The notes beneath the pieces were generated by a model that was not told where the DNA came from, did no database searches, and worked only from the letters and a program-made list of their open reading frames with translations. Source: Hydrurus foetidus (taxonomy: Eukaryota). Taken from it: a DNA stretch of 20,000 nucleotides. Within the stretch, counting starts at the first letter, position 1. Each line of letters opens with the position of its first letter. Positions 1-11,572 of this stretch are shown piece after piece. The translations under genes were made by a program, and so were the position numbers. Where the stretch lies: the NCBI GenBank assembly GCA_900617105.1, contig UYFQ01000373.1, forward strand, positions 178,361 through 198,360. Direction: 5' to 3'.

Positions 1-3000
1 TCCATTGCACTACTATTTAGACCCCCCATTTCTATAGGGGTGAATAGTAATTTTTGTTGCGCTCTGTGCAATTGCTGCATTTCTTTTTCTTCATTTTCTT
101 CCGTCTCGTCTCTTCGAATCGTTCTGATGGTGATAAGATTATTTGATGAAAATAATCACACATTAGATACTGTTACATAACCGGATAAATTATCTGAGTT
201 CTTAGTCTTATTAGTCCATCGTTCCGAAAATTACAGAGGAGTGAAATTTTTAGGAAAGCAAAGTTCCGAAGAATGTGGACATTTAGGTCTGAGAACTCAG
301 ACCCTTAAGAACGGAATAATCTCCATAAAAATATTAAAAAAATAAATAAAAAAATCTGTCAATATGAAAAAATTTAAAGTGCGTGCGTACCTGAGTAGAT
401 CGGAATGTTCTTGCACTAGGATTCTCAACTGACGCACGCGAGCCTCCGCCAAACCTGAAAGAGAGACGTAAGTGTACGTTAGTGTTAGTACGTGTGATTG
501 TGAGTGCGGGTGTGAGGAAGTGGGAGTATGTAAAGAACGGGTGAACATGAACATGAGTATGAATGTATGTGTGTGTGTGTGTGTGTATGTGCGTGTGGGG
601 GTAAGGGGGGTTACAGTATTACGTGTAGGTGTTTGAAAGGACGTGTAAGTACATGTCCGTTTTTGTGCAGTAGTGAATGCACAGACGTCGCAATGTATAC
701 AGCATTGTGTGTCCTCGTATGTGTGTGTGCGTGAGAGAGTTTGCGTGTTTCGTGAAAGACACTGTATGATTGTTCAATATATTCATGCGTATGTACATGA
801 ATATTATGGAAGTACGTGCGTATCTCTTATTCATCCTGCTTCTTTTATAGTCTTCTCGACCCTTCCCCCTCTCCTCCTCTCCTCCCTTCCTTCCTCCCTT
901 CTTCCCCTTCCTCCCACTCACCTGTATTTGACCGTAGCACTCCTATTTCAGCGGCTGCTTGTCTCGTCCTCGTTTCTCCCTCTTCCACCATTGCTTCTCC
1001 TTCCGCTCCTATCAAGTGCATTCTTTTCCTAAGAGTACACAAGTGGTATTATTTTGTATTGATTAGTTTGCTGATAGCTTTTGTCAATCATCAGCATCGA
1101 TTCAAATTCATTTATATTTTTGTCCATCCATGAATTAATCAATTATTCAAAAAAGTTGTATCCATAACAAGGCATCTCTCTTTCTATCTATCTATGTACA
1201 TGTATGTATCTTAAAATCAAACAATCAATCAATCTATCCAGTTTCATGTACACATTGTTTAATCCAGACATTAAAATCGGATGAACTTACTGTATTGCAT
1301 CGAGTTTTTCGCGCATTTCGATTTCCTCTCTCTCCAGAACTTCTATCACAAGCAGTCTATCCTTCACCTGAATAAAAATGAAAAAAGTGTGTAAGAAATA
1401 AAGAGAATGGGAGGGGGAGAAGGAGGTAGAGAAATAGGTAGAGAAAAGAGAGAGAGGCAAAAGTGTAGCAAGTAAAGAGAGGGGCAGAAGAAATCAAAGA
1501 GGTACAAGTAGAAAAGGAGAGGGAGTGGGGAGGGAGGGGAAAAGGGAAGAAAAGCAAAAGAGAAAGAAAGGGAGGGGAGGTGAGGGGGTGGACATTGAGG
1601 AGGAATAGGGAAATGATGAGGAAGAGTAACGAATGTCGATGGAGTGAAAGGGAGTGAGAAGCAGGAAATTGGAAGAAGGAGGAATGAGCCTAGGAAAAAT
1701 AGAATAAAAAAAAGAATAATGGAAAAAAAATTAAAAAAATGAAATATCAGTTATGAAATGTATAATCTTAGTCAAAAAATAAATTGAAGCGACGTAAATA
1801 CATAAAAATTATAAAAATGCATATCAGGTATACGGTGAAGTATACAGTCAGTCAATAAGTGATCGACCAAATGAACGTTTGTGACAAGTGTATCATTCTA
1901 CTCTTTTACAGTTTTGGGATTCGGGATATAGGTATTCTACGGCTTCATCCGGTTCAATCCGTTATAAAAAGTCTCAGTACCTTATGACGAATAAGAATGT
2001 ACGTAAAAATAAAGTCTAATATAATAAATGACGCATGTGTGATAAATCAATCATCATGTTGCACTCTTATCCACCTGTCTGTCACTTTCGTCACTTTGTT
2101 CTTTCGCTTGTCTTAATTCTTCTCTCAGAGACTCGCTTTCTATTTCCAATGACGTCATCGTTCTCAGTGACTGAAATGTTAAATTATCGAAATGTTCAAA
2201 ATTAAAAATGAAATGTTGATATTTCAATATATTAAAATTTTGGAATATTAAATGTAACTATGTATACATTTAATTCAATTTAAGTCGTAAAAAAATGAAT
2301 TATAATGTTTATTTTTTGCTGTAAAGAGTGTAGTTTCAATTACGCTGTTGTTGTGATAGAAAGACATGAAGCTTTGCTTTTCGCATGTCATGTAATTCAC
2401 TTCACATTATAATGTTAATGATGTGTGATTTAATACAATACACGTTATGGAATACTTCACATAACATGGCATATCATATTCCTCTTGGCGCAATGTTCTT
2501 TCAAATGGAATAATTATTCTGTCTGAGAAGTCTCCGTAAATTACTGCATAATCCGGCTAAATTTAACCGATTATTCTACACCGGTATAATTGTGCAGTGA
2601 AGTATAGTACTGACCTCTTCTCTTTCTAATCGCCTTGCAGACTGTGCCCTCAGTATCTCTACCTCCACTACTTTCTCTACCTCTTTCATTCTCTCTCTTT
2701 CTTCACGAGCTGCTGTTGTTTCCTCTGAAATAAAATAAAATAAAAATGAAATAAAATAAAATAGGATAAAATAAAATATAGAAATAATTGAGGAAATAAA
2801 AATTGTTCATGACTTCATTAACAAATTAATTATTGCTTGTTTATTTATTTAACTTTTTGTATTATTCAATATCATTATCACTATCTGAAAGTGTCACATT
2901 TGTGCAGTTAAAATGTAACGAAAGAGATTACGTAGAGGGAAATAGAAGAAGAGAAAAAGAATGTAGGACACACTCATAGACAGGCATCAAGTGCTTCTAA

Positions 3001-5548
3001 AGCTCAAATGATTGTTGAAAAAACGATTTCCGAAACTGCAGGTGGAAGTTTGTCAGTGTCACGACTACTAATTCTACTTATTGAATTACGATGCGGATGT
3101 TATTGTTACGCTGAAGACGATTCATGCCATCACTTGACATGATGTAATCAAATAAAGATAAGTGGGGAGAAGTAATGTAAAAAATGATTGTAAAAATATA
3201 AGAACAAAAGAAAGTCTATGAAAAAATGTAAATATAAGTGGATAAACGAATGGAAGATAAAAACACAAATAAGTGCAAAGTAATGTGCGTAATAAGCCGT
3301 AATAACGGGGTACTAAAAAATGCAATAACAAAATCCATACTAAAATTCTTGTCATCTGTCATTTTCTACCACATACAGTCTACTATTTTTTCATTTCTTA
3401 CCCCATTGAATTTCAAGTTTTTTCTGCGCTTCAACTTTTTCTTTTTCTTTCATATTTAGCTGTTCATTAAGATTAAAAAGTTCCCTAGAAAATCGGAATA
3501 TTCATGGCAAAATTGTTAATACTGACTTTTACATACAATATGTTATGATTAAAAAATAAAAATAAAAATAAAAAAATGAAAAAATTAAAAAAAAATTAAG
3601 GAGTAAGTTTTCAAAAAAAAAAAATTGAGATTTTTGAAATGAATGATTACTCTAATTGATAATAAGGTGTATTAGAAACGTTTGGAGGAGGTTCTATTCT
3701 ACACCTAATTTTAATTTTAATTGGCTTTTTCAGAATTATTTTACAGAATAATGTAAAAGCAAATCAATCAAAAAGTTTTTCTGTGCAACAAAAGATTACA
3801 TTTTTTGTAACTAAAAATGACGCGGAATTCATACAGCATATCATATAACATTTCCTTAAATGTTCACATGATGTTCTCGAAGTCAAAACATAACAGCAGT
3901 TTTGGGAATATTCTTGAAGCATGTTTCACGAATTTTGAGTGATTTCCGATGTTCTCAGCGGTCAATTTCCAGTACGGAAATGTGATAGTCTTGTTTAGAT
4001 GTGAATTCGACAATACACTTATTCTAATAAAATGAAATATTTGCTGGTTGTATTTTTGCAGGTTATTTACTTACTTTTCTTTTTCCACCAGGGATGTTTC
4101 GAGGGAGAAGAGAGCTTTTTGCATTTCATATCCAACATCCTGGATGTAGCAGCAAATAAATAGACATGGCATCATTTTCATATTGTATGATAAATTGTAA
4201 ATTGATTATTTTTGTGTTTTTAAATGAACGTGCATAATTATTTTTTGTATTTTAAGTTGGATGTTTAATAAGATCACCAATGAATAGAGAACTTTTTGAT
4301 GTAAGTGAACCAATCAAGCGAATCTTTCAAATGAAAAAATTCGAAAAAAAGAGAGACATAACGGTCATAGGTCTCTGATAATAATCAGAAAAAAACAGGA
4401 AATTATGAAGTTTATTTCTTGCCTTAAATTCATATAAAATGAAATTGATGTCTTATGTGTAGATTAGATGCAATTTACCATTTACGTACCTGTAATTTTA
4501 ATTTGTCCGCTTCTAAATGTTCAGATTCAATTTTCTTTAAATCAATTAAAGCTGCACACCTGAAGTAAATGAAATAAAATAAAAAATAAGTTTTAAAAAT
4601 AGTTTATCAGTAAAAATCGTGTTACGCGATTAAGCTACTAGAAAAATCATAAAAAATCAAGTGAAAAAAATCTAAGATAATAACAAAAACCAAGAATTAT
4701 TTCATCTTTAAAATCTTTTTTGGTTTTATTACCTTTCTGTCTCCAGTTTTTGTTCCTTTATCTTCCAAAATAAAATACTCATCCACTTACATCGCCAAAC
4801 GCAAAATGTTTTTCTTTTAATGTTTACACTTTTTCTGTTTTGTAAAATGTTTTCACATTTGCTAATTCTTCTATTTCTTCTCGATATTAACCTCCATCTT
4901 GTAAAGAGAAATATCTGTTAAAATGAAAATAAAAAAACATAAATTAGTTTTCAATGGTGTACATATCTTGGATAAAAGTACTCAGACTGAAATCAATTTT
5001 AATCAACCGTTTCATTTTTACTTTTTACAATACCTTAAATCTATAATCCGCTTTATTAAATTTTCTTTCCACATTATCGGCTAGCTGTCTCCTCGAACGT
5101 TGCATCGGCACAAAAATACACCAAAATGCAAACATTTTAACAAGTAAATTTGTTCTTTGATTTTCACGCCTTTTTCGGTCTTTTCGTATGTGTCTTCTCC
5201 ATCTACGAAAATTTGGAGAAATCCGTGAATTAAAGTATGAAGTATTTTGAATATTCTTTCTTAATCTCTTGCGAAGGTGTGGTTTTATACGGATGTAATG
5301 CATGTGTTATGATGGTGGTGATTTATTTCATATCGATATAACATCGCATGAAGACGAAAACAAAGTCCGCTGAAAGTATGCAAATTAAAAAATGAAAATA
5401 CTGTACAATAAAGCGAAGTTGTAATAAAATAAAATATAGACAAAAATCAGTACGTATCGTTTCTATAAGAGCACTAAGATAATCAATTGAATATAAGCAG
5501 AAATTTTTAATGTCCATTCTCAGCGAGAAATCCCAAAAATTAAAAAAA

Positions 5549-5592
<44 letters not shown>

Positions 5593-8500
5593 CGAATAGG
5601 TAAATGAAACCAATAATCAAATAATCAAATAATAAAATAAATAGAGAGCTCTTTTAGAAAGCGATTCAAAATTTTAAAAATCGGTACCTTTTTATTGTCG
5701 TTGATAAAGTACGCATGTAGTATGTACGTACAGCAGCACGTACGCACAATCTTTGTCTTTTGGAAGAAATAGAGCGATAGGCTATGTGGAGAAAAGATGC
5801 TCTACATGCCAAACTAAAAAGACGAGTTGAATACCTAAAAAAAGAAGAAAAAGAAAGAAAGAGGATAAAAACGAGAATGAAGCGGTGTAAATGAAGAGGA
5901 ATATGGAAGGTACGTAGTGGTATCAAATATACTCTGTAAAATCATGATGTTACTTCAGATATCATATCATGTTCGTGGATGAGAAAATATGAGATACGTA
6001 AACTGAAATATTGAATTATGAAAAAAAGAAAAAAGGTATGGAAATACAATAAAAAAACTGAATATCAGGTCAAATAAAATAAAATTTACATTTGTATCAT
6101 TTGAGATTGAGATGTGATACCATGTCTTAAAAAAGAATGTGTAACATCGTTTCAAGTATAAGTACCTCGGGGCTCGAATTCTTTTCTTTAATCTAATCCA
6201 GTTAATCCACACACCGAGGGCATTATATTTCATCACTCCAACCCAGTGCACAATCGCATCACTTTTAATTTTTTCTCCTATTAATCGCAGAGTTAACATC
6301 CTTCGTATGTTTGTGTAAAATCTCCCAACTAGATTTCCTCGTCTTCTCCATATTCTTCGACAAATTAATTTCCAAGCTTGAAAAGGTCGTGGCATAAAAA
6401 TGTTCGGAACTTGGACCGCAAGTTCCTGGAAATTTGATGTTAATTTTTTTGTAAGATGATTTTTCATAAGGCATAAAGTATAACAAAGAATGTAGTGTTT
6501 ATGTAGTTGTTTGCACATCACAAATATACAGGGAGATGAGTAATCAATATATGTAGCTAATAATATTTTGATAGACAGTTATTAAATGCAAAAAAAGGCA
6601 TTTTAATGAAATGTTGTACCAAATCAAGGATAATTCTTTAATTCCATTTCGTTACTTGTACAAAACATTTTAAGAATTTAATCACAAAATGTAAAATTCA
6701 AGATGTAAAATGAAAGGGTTAATTTGGTGTGAATGTCTCACATTAGAATTCCTTTTCGAAAGTTTCGCTACTGTAAGCCAAGCTCTCAAAATTTTGCAAA
6801 AATGGTGACGCACAGCAAATCTGAAAATGCGAAAAAAATTAGATGATAGGGGTAGAGATGAAAGAAGATAGAAAAGAAATAAGAAGAGAAAAATGAGAGA
6901 GAAAAAATTTAAATACTCATACAAATAGATCACAGGAAAAAAAAAATCAGCAAACAAATCAAAAATATGTAAAAAAAAGTCTATAAAAATGAAAATAATA
7001 TCAGAGTGTGGCATACACGTACGTACGTACTACCTTCCCAACAATTTTAATTGTTCTGTGTCCCACTCTAAGAATATGCAGTGATTTTTCCAGGCTGAAA
7101 AAACTTTTCTGAGGATGGAAAAATATATATAATTGGACATAAATATGCACATTTTATACAAAAATAAAGTTGCAATTTCCGATAACGAGAAAATGTCGTC
7201 AAATAAAAAGGTGTGATGGATCGAGAAAAACAAACAAAAAAACGTTAAATTTTGTGTACAAAAATTCCATGCATGAGAATTTCTTCTCACCTCGCACATT
7301 GACGGTTTTTGAAAATGATTACAGCTTCATCAGCCTATACAAAATAAAAATAAATAAACGAGTAAATAACTAAAAAAATCAGAAGAAAAATTAAAGAAGT
7401 AACCGTTGTAAACAGATTCAAAATGAGAATGCGAGCAACGCTATACTATACCATCCAATACCTCCCTAGAGGAACTGGATGGTAAAAAAGAAAACAAGGT
7501 AGTGTGGAATAAAACAAGGTAGTGTTTTGCATCACTGACCTTCGCATCCCATTGATTAGTTTTCACGAATCTGACCCAAGATCCCATCATTGTTTTTAAT
7601 AATAGATGCCGCCTACCGCTGTTTCCTCTTTTTTCTTGTGTGATATTTTCTTGCCACCTTGAGTACGGACAAAAAGAGATGGACAGATATACGACTATCA
7701 GTCCTGATCAGTTCGTTGCTCAGTTGATTAGCGATTACGAAGATCGGATACTTCAGAAGGAAGGGATGTTGAGGGGTGCTGGTCGATACTGCGCTATTCT
7801 GTCCGTTCTAGAAATGTGTGCGTACGTACACACACAGATAGACGAGAAGACAGAAGAATAGACAGTCAGACAGACAGATAGACAGACAGACAGACAAACA
7901 AACAATCAAACAGACAAAAGAACACCTGAAATAAATGATTAGATGCGAGCACAAAAACTTGAACATAAAAAACAAGAAAAAACGATGAACTATTTCGTAC
8001 TATATTTTACCGTTTTAAAACGCGTGATAGCAATTCTGTTGACCGTTTCTTGCTATTAGAAAGCATCATTTTTATCCGGTATGAATAAGCCCTCCATAAA
8101 TGCAATACCTAATTTATTTAACATACATCATATTTGGTAATTATCAGATGGAGATAATTTTGAAAATGACTTTTGAAAGTTTCTTAAAAATTTTATGATT
8201 CATTCATTCTAAACAAAGTCAAAAGCGAATTTAGCAAATAAGTACAAAAATTGATGATGCAATACTTAACATAAAATAACATTAGAAAAGTGATATAAGA
8301 TATTAACATGAAAGATGGTACTTACTTTTTGTTTCAAAAAAGATTTATTAAGTGCTTGAAATAACTTGGAAATATTTGATACTTTTAATCTTTTTTTAAT
8401 TATCGAGCTAAATCGGCTGCAAATAAAATATCAAAGAAAAATGGGAGGAAAAAGAATAAGGGTGAACAGTGTAAGAAATGTGAAATTAAAATTATGTGGG

Positions 8501-9068
8501 GATGGAGATAGAATCGTGATACGTACTTCACATATGAGTAAATCAACTTACACACTCACTCACTCACTCGCTCGAACATACACCTACACTCTCACACACG
8601 GAAAGACTCACATCTACCCTCTCCCGCACACTCTCACGTACATTCACTCTCATACACTTATTCTATCAATCGCGCATATAACCGTAACGTACAAACCTGT
8701 ACGCTCCTCTTAGAGTCGTTTTGCTGTGACTAAAGTGGACCTGAGTAAGTCAATGTATATGATAAGAATTATCATTTGGAACGATAACGACAGTAATTTA
8801 AAAAAGAAGAATACCCTATTTAACGGACGAATTCTCATTTGAAAATACGATACATTGACAACATAATTACGAAAATAATCTGATCCAGCATCAAAATAAA
8901 TGTTGTAGCATCGAAACACACCTCAGCCGTTTCGTACGCACTGTCTTCCATTCTTCTTGTGCGTTGAAGGTCCAAGTTACGGTGTGCATCACGCATTCGA
9001 CTGACCTGCACGTACATACGTACACGTGTGGGAGTGAGTGTGTAAGTGTATGTATGTGCGTATGTCTG

Positions 9069-9099
<31 letters not shown>

Positions 9100-10221
9100 G
9101 AATGCATGTATGTATGTATGCATGTATGTATGTATGTATGTATGTATGCATGTATGTATGTATGCATGTATGTATGTATGTATGTATGTATGTAGGTGTG
9201 TGTGTGCAGTGGAGATGTTGTGTTGGTATATGACAGCATATATTAGATGGTGGACTAGATTATTTTATTTGTTTAGGATAGGCAAAATTAGTAATCACAG
9301 TGATTAAGAGTAGAAAAAGGTAACTTAATGAGTGAATGATTGATTGACTGACTGACTGAGTGATTTTGCGTACGAGCGAGTGAGTGAGTGAATAAGTTAT
9401 CTGTTGTTGAGAGAATGAGTGACTTCAGTGGAGTAATGTTTAGGAAGAACTCAAGAGCGGAGAAGGCCTTCCAATTCTGACTTTTATCATTAATGAATAG
9501 CATGACATCTGCTTCCATTTAGTCAGCTATTCGATTCGGTACCATCACCGTAAGATATCGAGACAAATAAAAGCAATTGATGTTATTTTCATACCTGACT
9601 ACTGAGTGATAGCTCTAAATCGATGTTCTCTTTCCTTGCACTTTTCAACGCTTCTTCTGCCTCTAACGCCATTCGCTGTGCTGACGTGACAGCGCCTCTC
9701 GCTCCAGTAAGTTCAACAGACATTCTTAGGAAGAGTTCTTTGGAATGTTCTGCGCTTTCTAATTTCTCAGAAAGCAAAAATCTTTCCTCATGCAATTCCT
9801 GCAATTCCTCATGCAGTGCGATAACTTGTTGTTTCATTAATACAGCGTTCTTTTTGTTGCATTCCAGCAACGTACGAGAGTATACCCACAGCTCATCATT
9901 CTGAGTAAACAGAAGCCGCTGCGTTTCTGTGCGATCATCTATTTCTGACTGCAGGAATTCCACCTGATTACGTAGCGTTTTCATATCATATCCAGCAAGA
10001 GGAGCCTTCCTCGGAGGTTTTGGATCAGGAATAATCGTGAGTTGCGGCACTTTCAGTACATGAAATATGGGATCCTTAGATGGATAGTTGTACGACGCCG
10101 ATTCCAAGACCATTTTTAAAGTACCATCAGTGTACGATGAGCGATCATTGGATCTCAGGCCGGAGTCAAGTGATGCCTGTACTCCACCACTGCTACCGAG
10201 TGAATCAGTGTTTCTTCGCAT
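1..10221 (-). CDS. Multi-exon host gene: coiled-coil protein with Sfi1-like (centrin-binding type) Trp repeats; 3' end runs off the window
   Basis: Manual splice reconstruction; all junctions are GT-AG and phase-compatible, with no stops. Exons (minus): 10221-9595, 9005-8922, 8740-8697, 8416-8326, 8108-8011, 7657-7540, 7334-7291, 7108-7034, 6820-6742, 6425-6166, 5834-5688, 5202-5034, 4914-4733, 4559-4490, 4139-4075, 3484-3402, 2724-2615, 2170-2075, 1367-1291, 1028-922, 454-391, 123-1 (2813 nt, ~937 aa). Repeated motifs such as LLSRVLKRWQ, KVFSAWK, KILRAWL, RPFQAWK, LLVKMFAFW and KTFCVWR resemble the Sfi1 consensus LLx3(F/L)x2W(K/R). Gene structure is well supported; the family call is inference. 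Confidence 0.85.
564..596. repeat. (GT)n microsatellite in host intron
   Basis: Direct reading: tgtatgtgtgtgtgtgtgtgtgtatgtgcgtgt. Confidence 0.9.
1395..1690. repeat. Purine-rich (GA-rich) low-complexity tract in host intron
   Basis: Almost exclusively A/G on the + strand, i.e. polypyrimidine on the transcribed minus strand, upstream of the acceptor at 1368. Confidence 0.75.
2728..2780. repeat. (AAAAT)n microsatellite next to a host 3' splice site
   Basis: Direct reading: aaataaaataaaataaaaatgaaataaaataaaatagg. Confidence 0.8.
5546..5592. repeat. (AAAT)n microsatellite in host intron
   Basis: About 11 perfect AAAT units. Confidence 0.9.
7857..7917. repeat. (CAGA/CAAA)n microsatellite in host intron
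   Basis: Direct reading: gacagtcagacagacagatagacagacagacagacaaacaaacaatcaaacagaca. Confidence 0.8.
9047..9193. repeat. (TATG)n microsatellite in host intron 1
   Basis: About 35 TATG/CATG units; this tract explains the spurious YVCM/HTYI ORFs in the ORF track. Confidence 0.95.
9595..10221 (-). CDS. First coding exon of the host gene (209 aa; low-complexity N-terminus followed by a coiled coil)
   Basis: ORF 9589..10221 starts at ATG, has heptad-rich E/L/Q sequence and ends at the donor CAG|GTATGA at 9594 (phase 0). Confidence 0.9.
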
Positions 10222-10460
10222 GATACAGCTTTCTACGTAGTAGTTAATGCAGCAAATTTAGTAGACGATCAAAACAAGCTTCTCTTTGCAGCTGATGAGC
10301 TGCTGATGGGAAGACCCAAAAGCACCTACAACTTGCAGCTTATTATTACTCAATTTGAGGCGTTCTACAGTAGATGAGAGACACAGCAGACCAGCAGACC
10401 AGACAGTTCGAGCTCCGAGCGAGGGGTTTGAATTTTACAGCAGACCAACATATAACCGAC

Positions 10461-10528
10461 ATGGAACGTATGTACATTCATCAAAATTTAAACGTATTTT
10501 ATGGAACGTATGTACAAAATTTAAACGT
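10461..10528. repeat. Short imperfect direct repeat at the host/element transition
   Basis: atggaacgtatgtaca(ttcatca)aaatttaaacgt at 10461-10495 and atggaacgtatgtacaaaatttaaacgt at 10501-10528. Confidence 0.8.
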
Positions 10529-11290
10529 TCCCGGTTCCGACTTCCGATATAATCCCTGCCCGGATCCCCGGCCAGGACAAATACATGGACTGCTTCGGAG
10601 TGGTCGTCGATTAAATCATCTATAGTGCATTGACGTGTAGTAAATATTGACCATCTTGTATTGTAGAGATCATTCGAAACGAAAACCTTCGCTTGTTACC
10701 CTGGAAAAGTCTTAATTCAAAAGTTTTAATTTCGTATTGTTATCTGGCAGTATCCGTGAGGGAGGTTGAGCGTCTTTTTATCATAAACCTTTTATTTAAT
10801 TCAGCGCAGTATGTATTACCGTACTTACATCACATACGAAGCTGCAGAATTCTTTTCTCTCCTTTTTAAAAGTGTATCTCAGAAGAAAGAATATGGCCGC
10901 AATTTCTCAGAGTCCTCCAGAAGAGAGACGTCTTCCCCCACGTGATTTGTTGAATCGTATTATTGCACACGATCCAATGCTAAGTGATACCCCCAGATTG
11001 AATCCATAACTGTAAAAAACAGGACATTTCGAGGGGTCAACAATCAACGATCAACTTCAACATCACACTTTCGACTGTAGACTGATGATGATATTCGTCG
11101 AATTATTTAGGTACCCACTTTGACCCTCTCGACCCTCTCTACTCTCGACATCGCCGACCTCTGTGACCTGACGGCATGGCATCCATGCTTCCTGTGTCCT
11201 GTGTCTCTTGTGCATCTTCCACATCAGCGGATTCAGGTGGAGATACTGATTGCGGTGGCACTTTTGCGGAAACTTAACAGATATCCAAGC

Positions 11291-11572
11291 ATGGACGGAA
11301 ACAAAGATGTTAACGAACCTAACGTACCACGACGCAGAGGCGGAACTACAGACGAGAACGTTGCTTCAGAGGTTACTGCTGTTCCTAACGCCACTGAGGC
11401 GATCGGAGGTAAGTCGTTTTTAACTCTTTGCACAAATGTCGCCGTTAAAGTCAACGATGACGCCCACCTCTTCACTCTTTCTTCAGACCTGAACCTCATC
11501 ATGGTGTTGGCGTTAGTGGCAATTCTTGCTTGGATTGCGGAATACTTACGAGTCCCTGAGTGTGAGTGCTAA
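11291..11572 (+). CDS. Possible small protein with a C-terminal hydrophobic helix (67 aa if the 78-nt intron 11409-11486 is spliced)
   Basis: ATG at 11291 within ORF 11120..11572, strong donor G|GTAAGT and a polypyrimidine TTCAG acceptor. Product: MDGNKDVNEPNVPRRRGG...AIGDLNLIMVLALVAILAWIAEYLRVPECEC. No family recognised. Confidence 0.3.
   Translation: MDGNKDVNEPNVPRRRGGTTDENVASEVTAVPNATEAIGGKSFLTLCTNVAVKVNDDAHLFTLSSDLNLIMVLALVAILAWIAEYLRVPECEC

Noticed and set aside
619..1557. Several overlapping ORFs rich in Leu/Pro/Ser/Phe or Gly/Arg/Glu
   Set aside because: They arise from low-complexity purine/pyrimidine intron tracts or are antisense to true exons.
7491..7525. 15-bp direct repeat aaaacaaggtagtgt (two copies)
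   Set aside because: A small local intronic duplication with only 5 nt between copies, so there is no inserted element for it to flank as a target-site duplication.
7920..7940. Acceptor-like TTTCAG|GTG on the minus strand
   Set aside because: It leads directly into a microsatellite with no plausible exon; the acceptor at 7658 gives the expected KRW motif.
8835..9307. Four ORFs with HTYI/YVCM repeats
   Set aside because: They are translations of the intronic (TATG)n microsatellite; only 9005-8922 is a real exon.
9288..9526. ORF 9288..9518 or the AG at 9527 as an additional host exon
   Set aside because: The phase-0 reading after the AG hits a stop, and exon 1 joins 9005-8922 cleanly without it.
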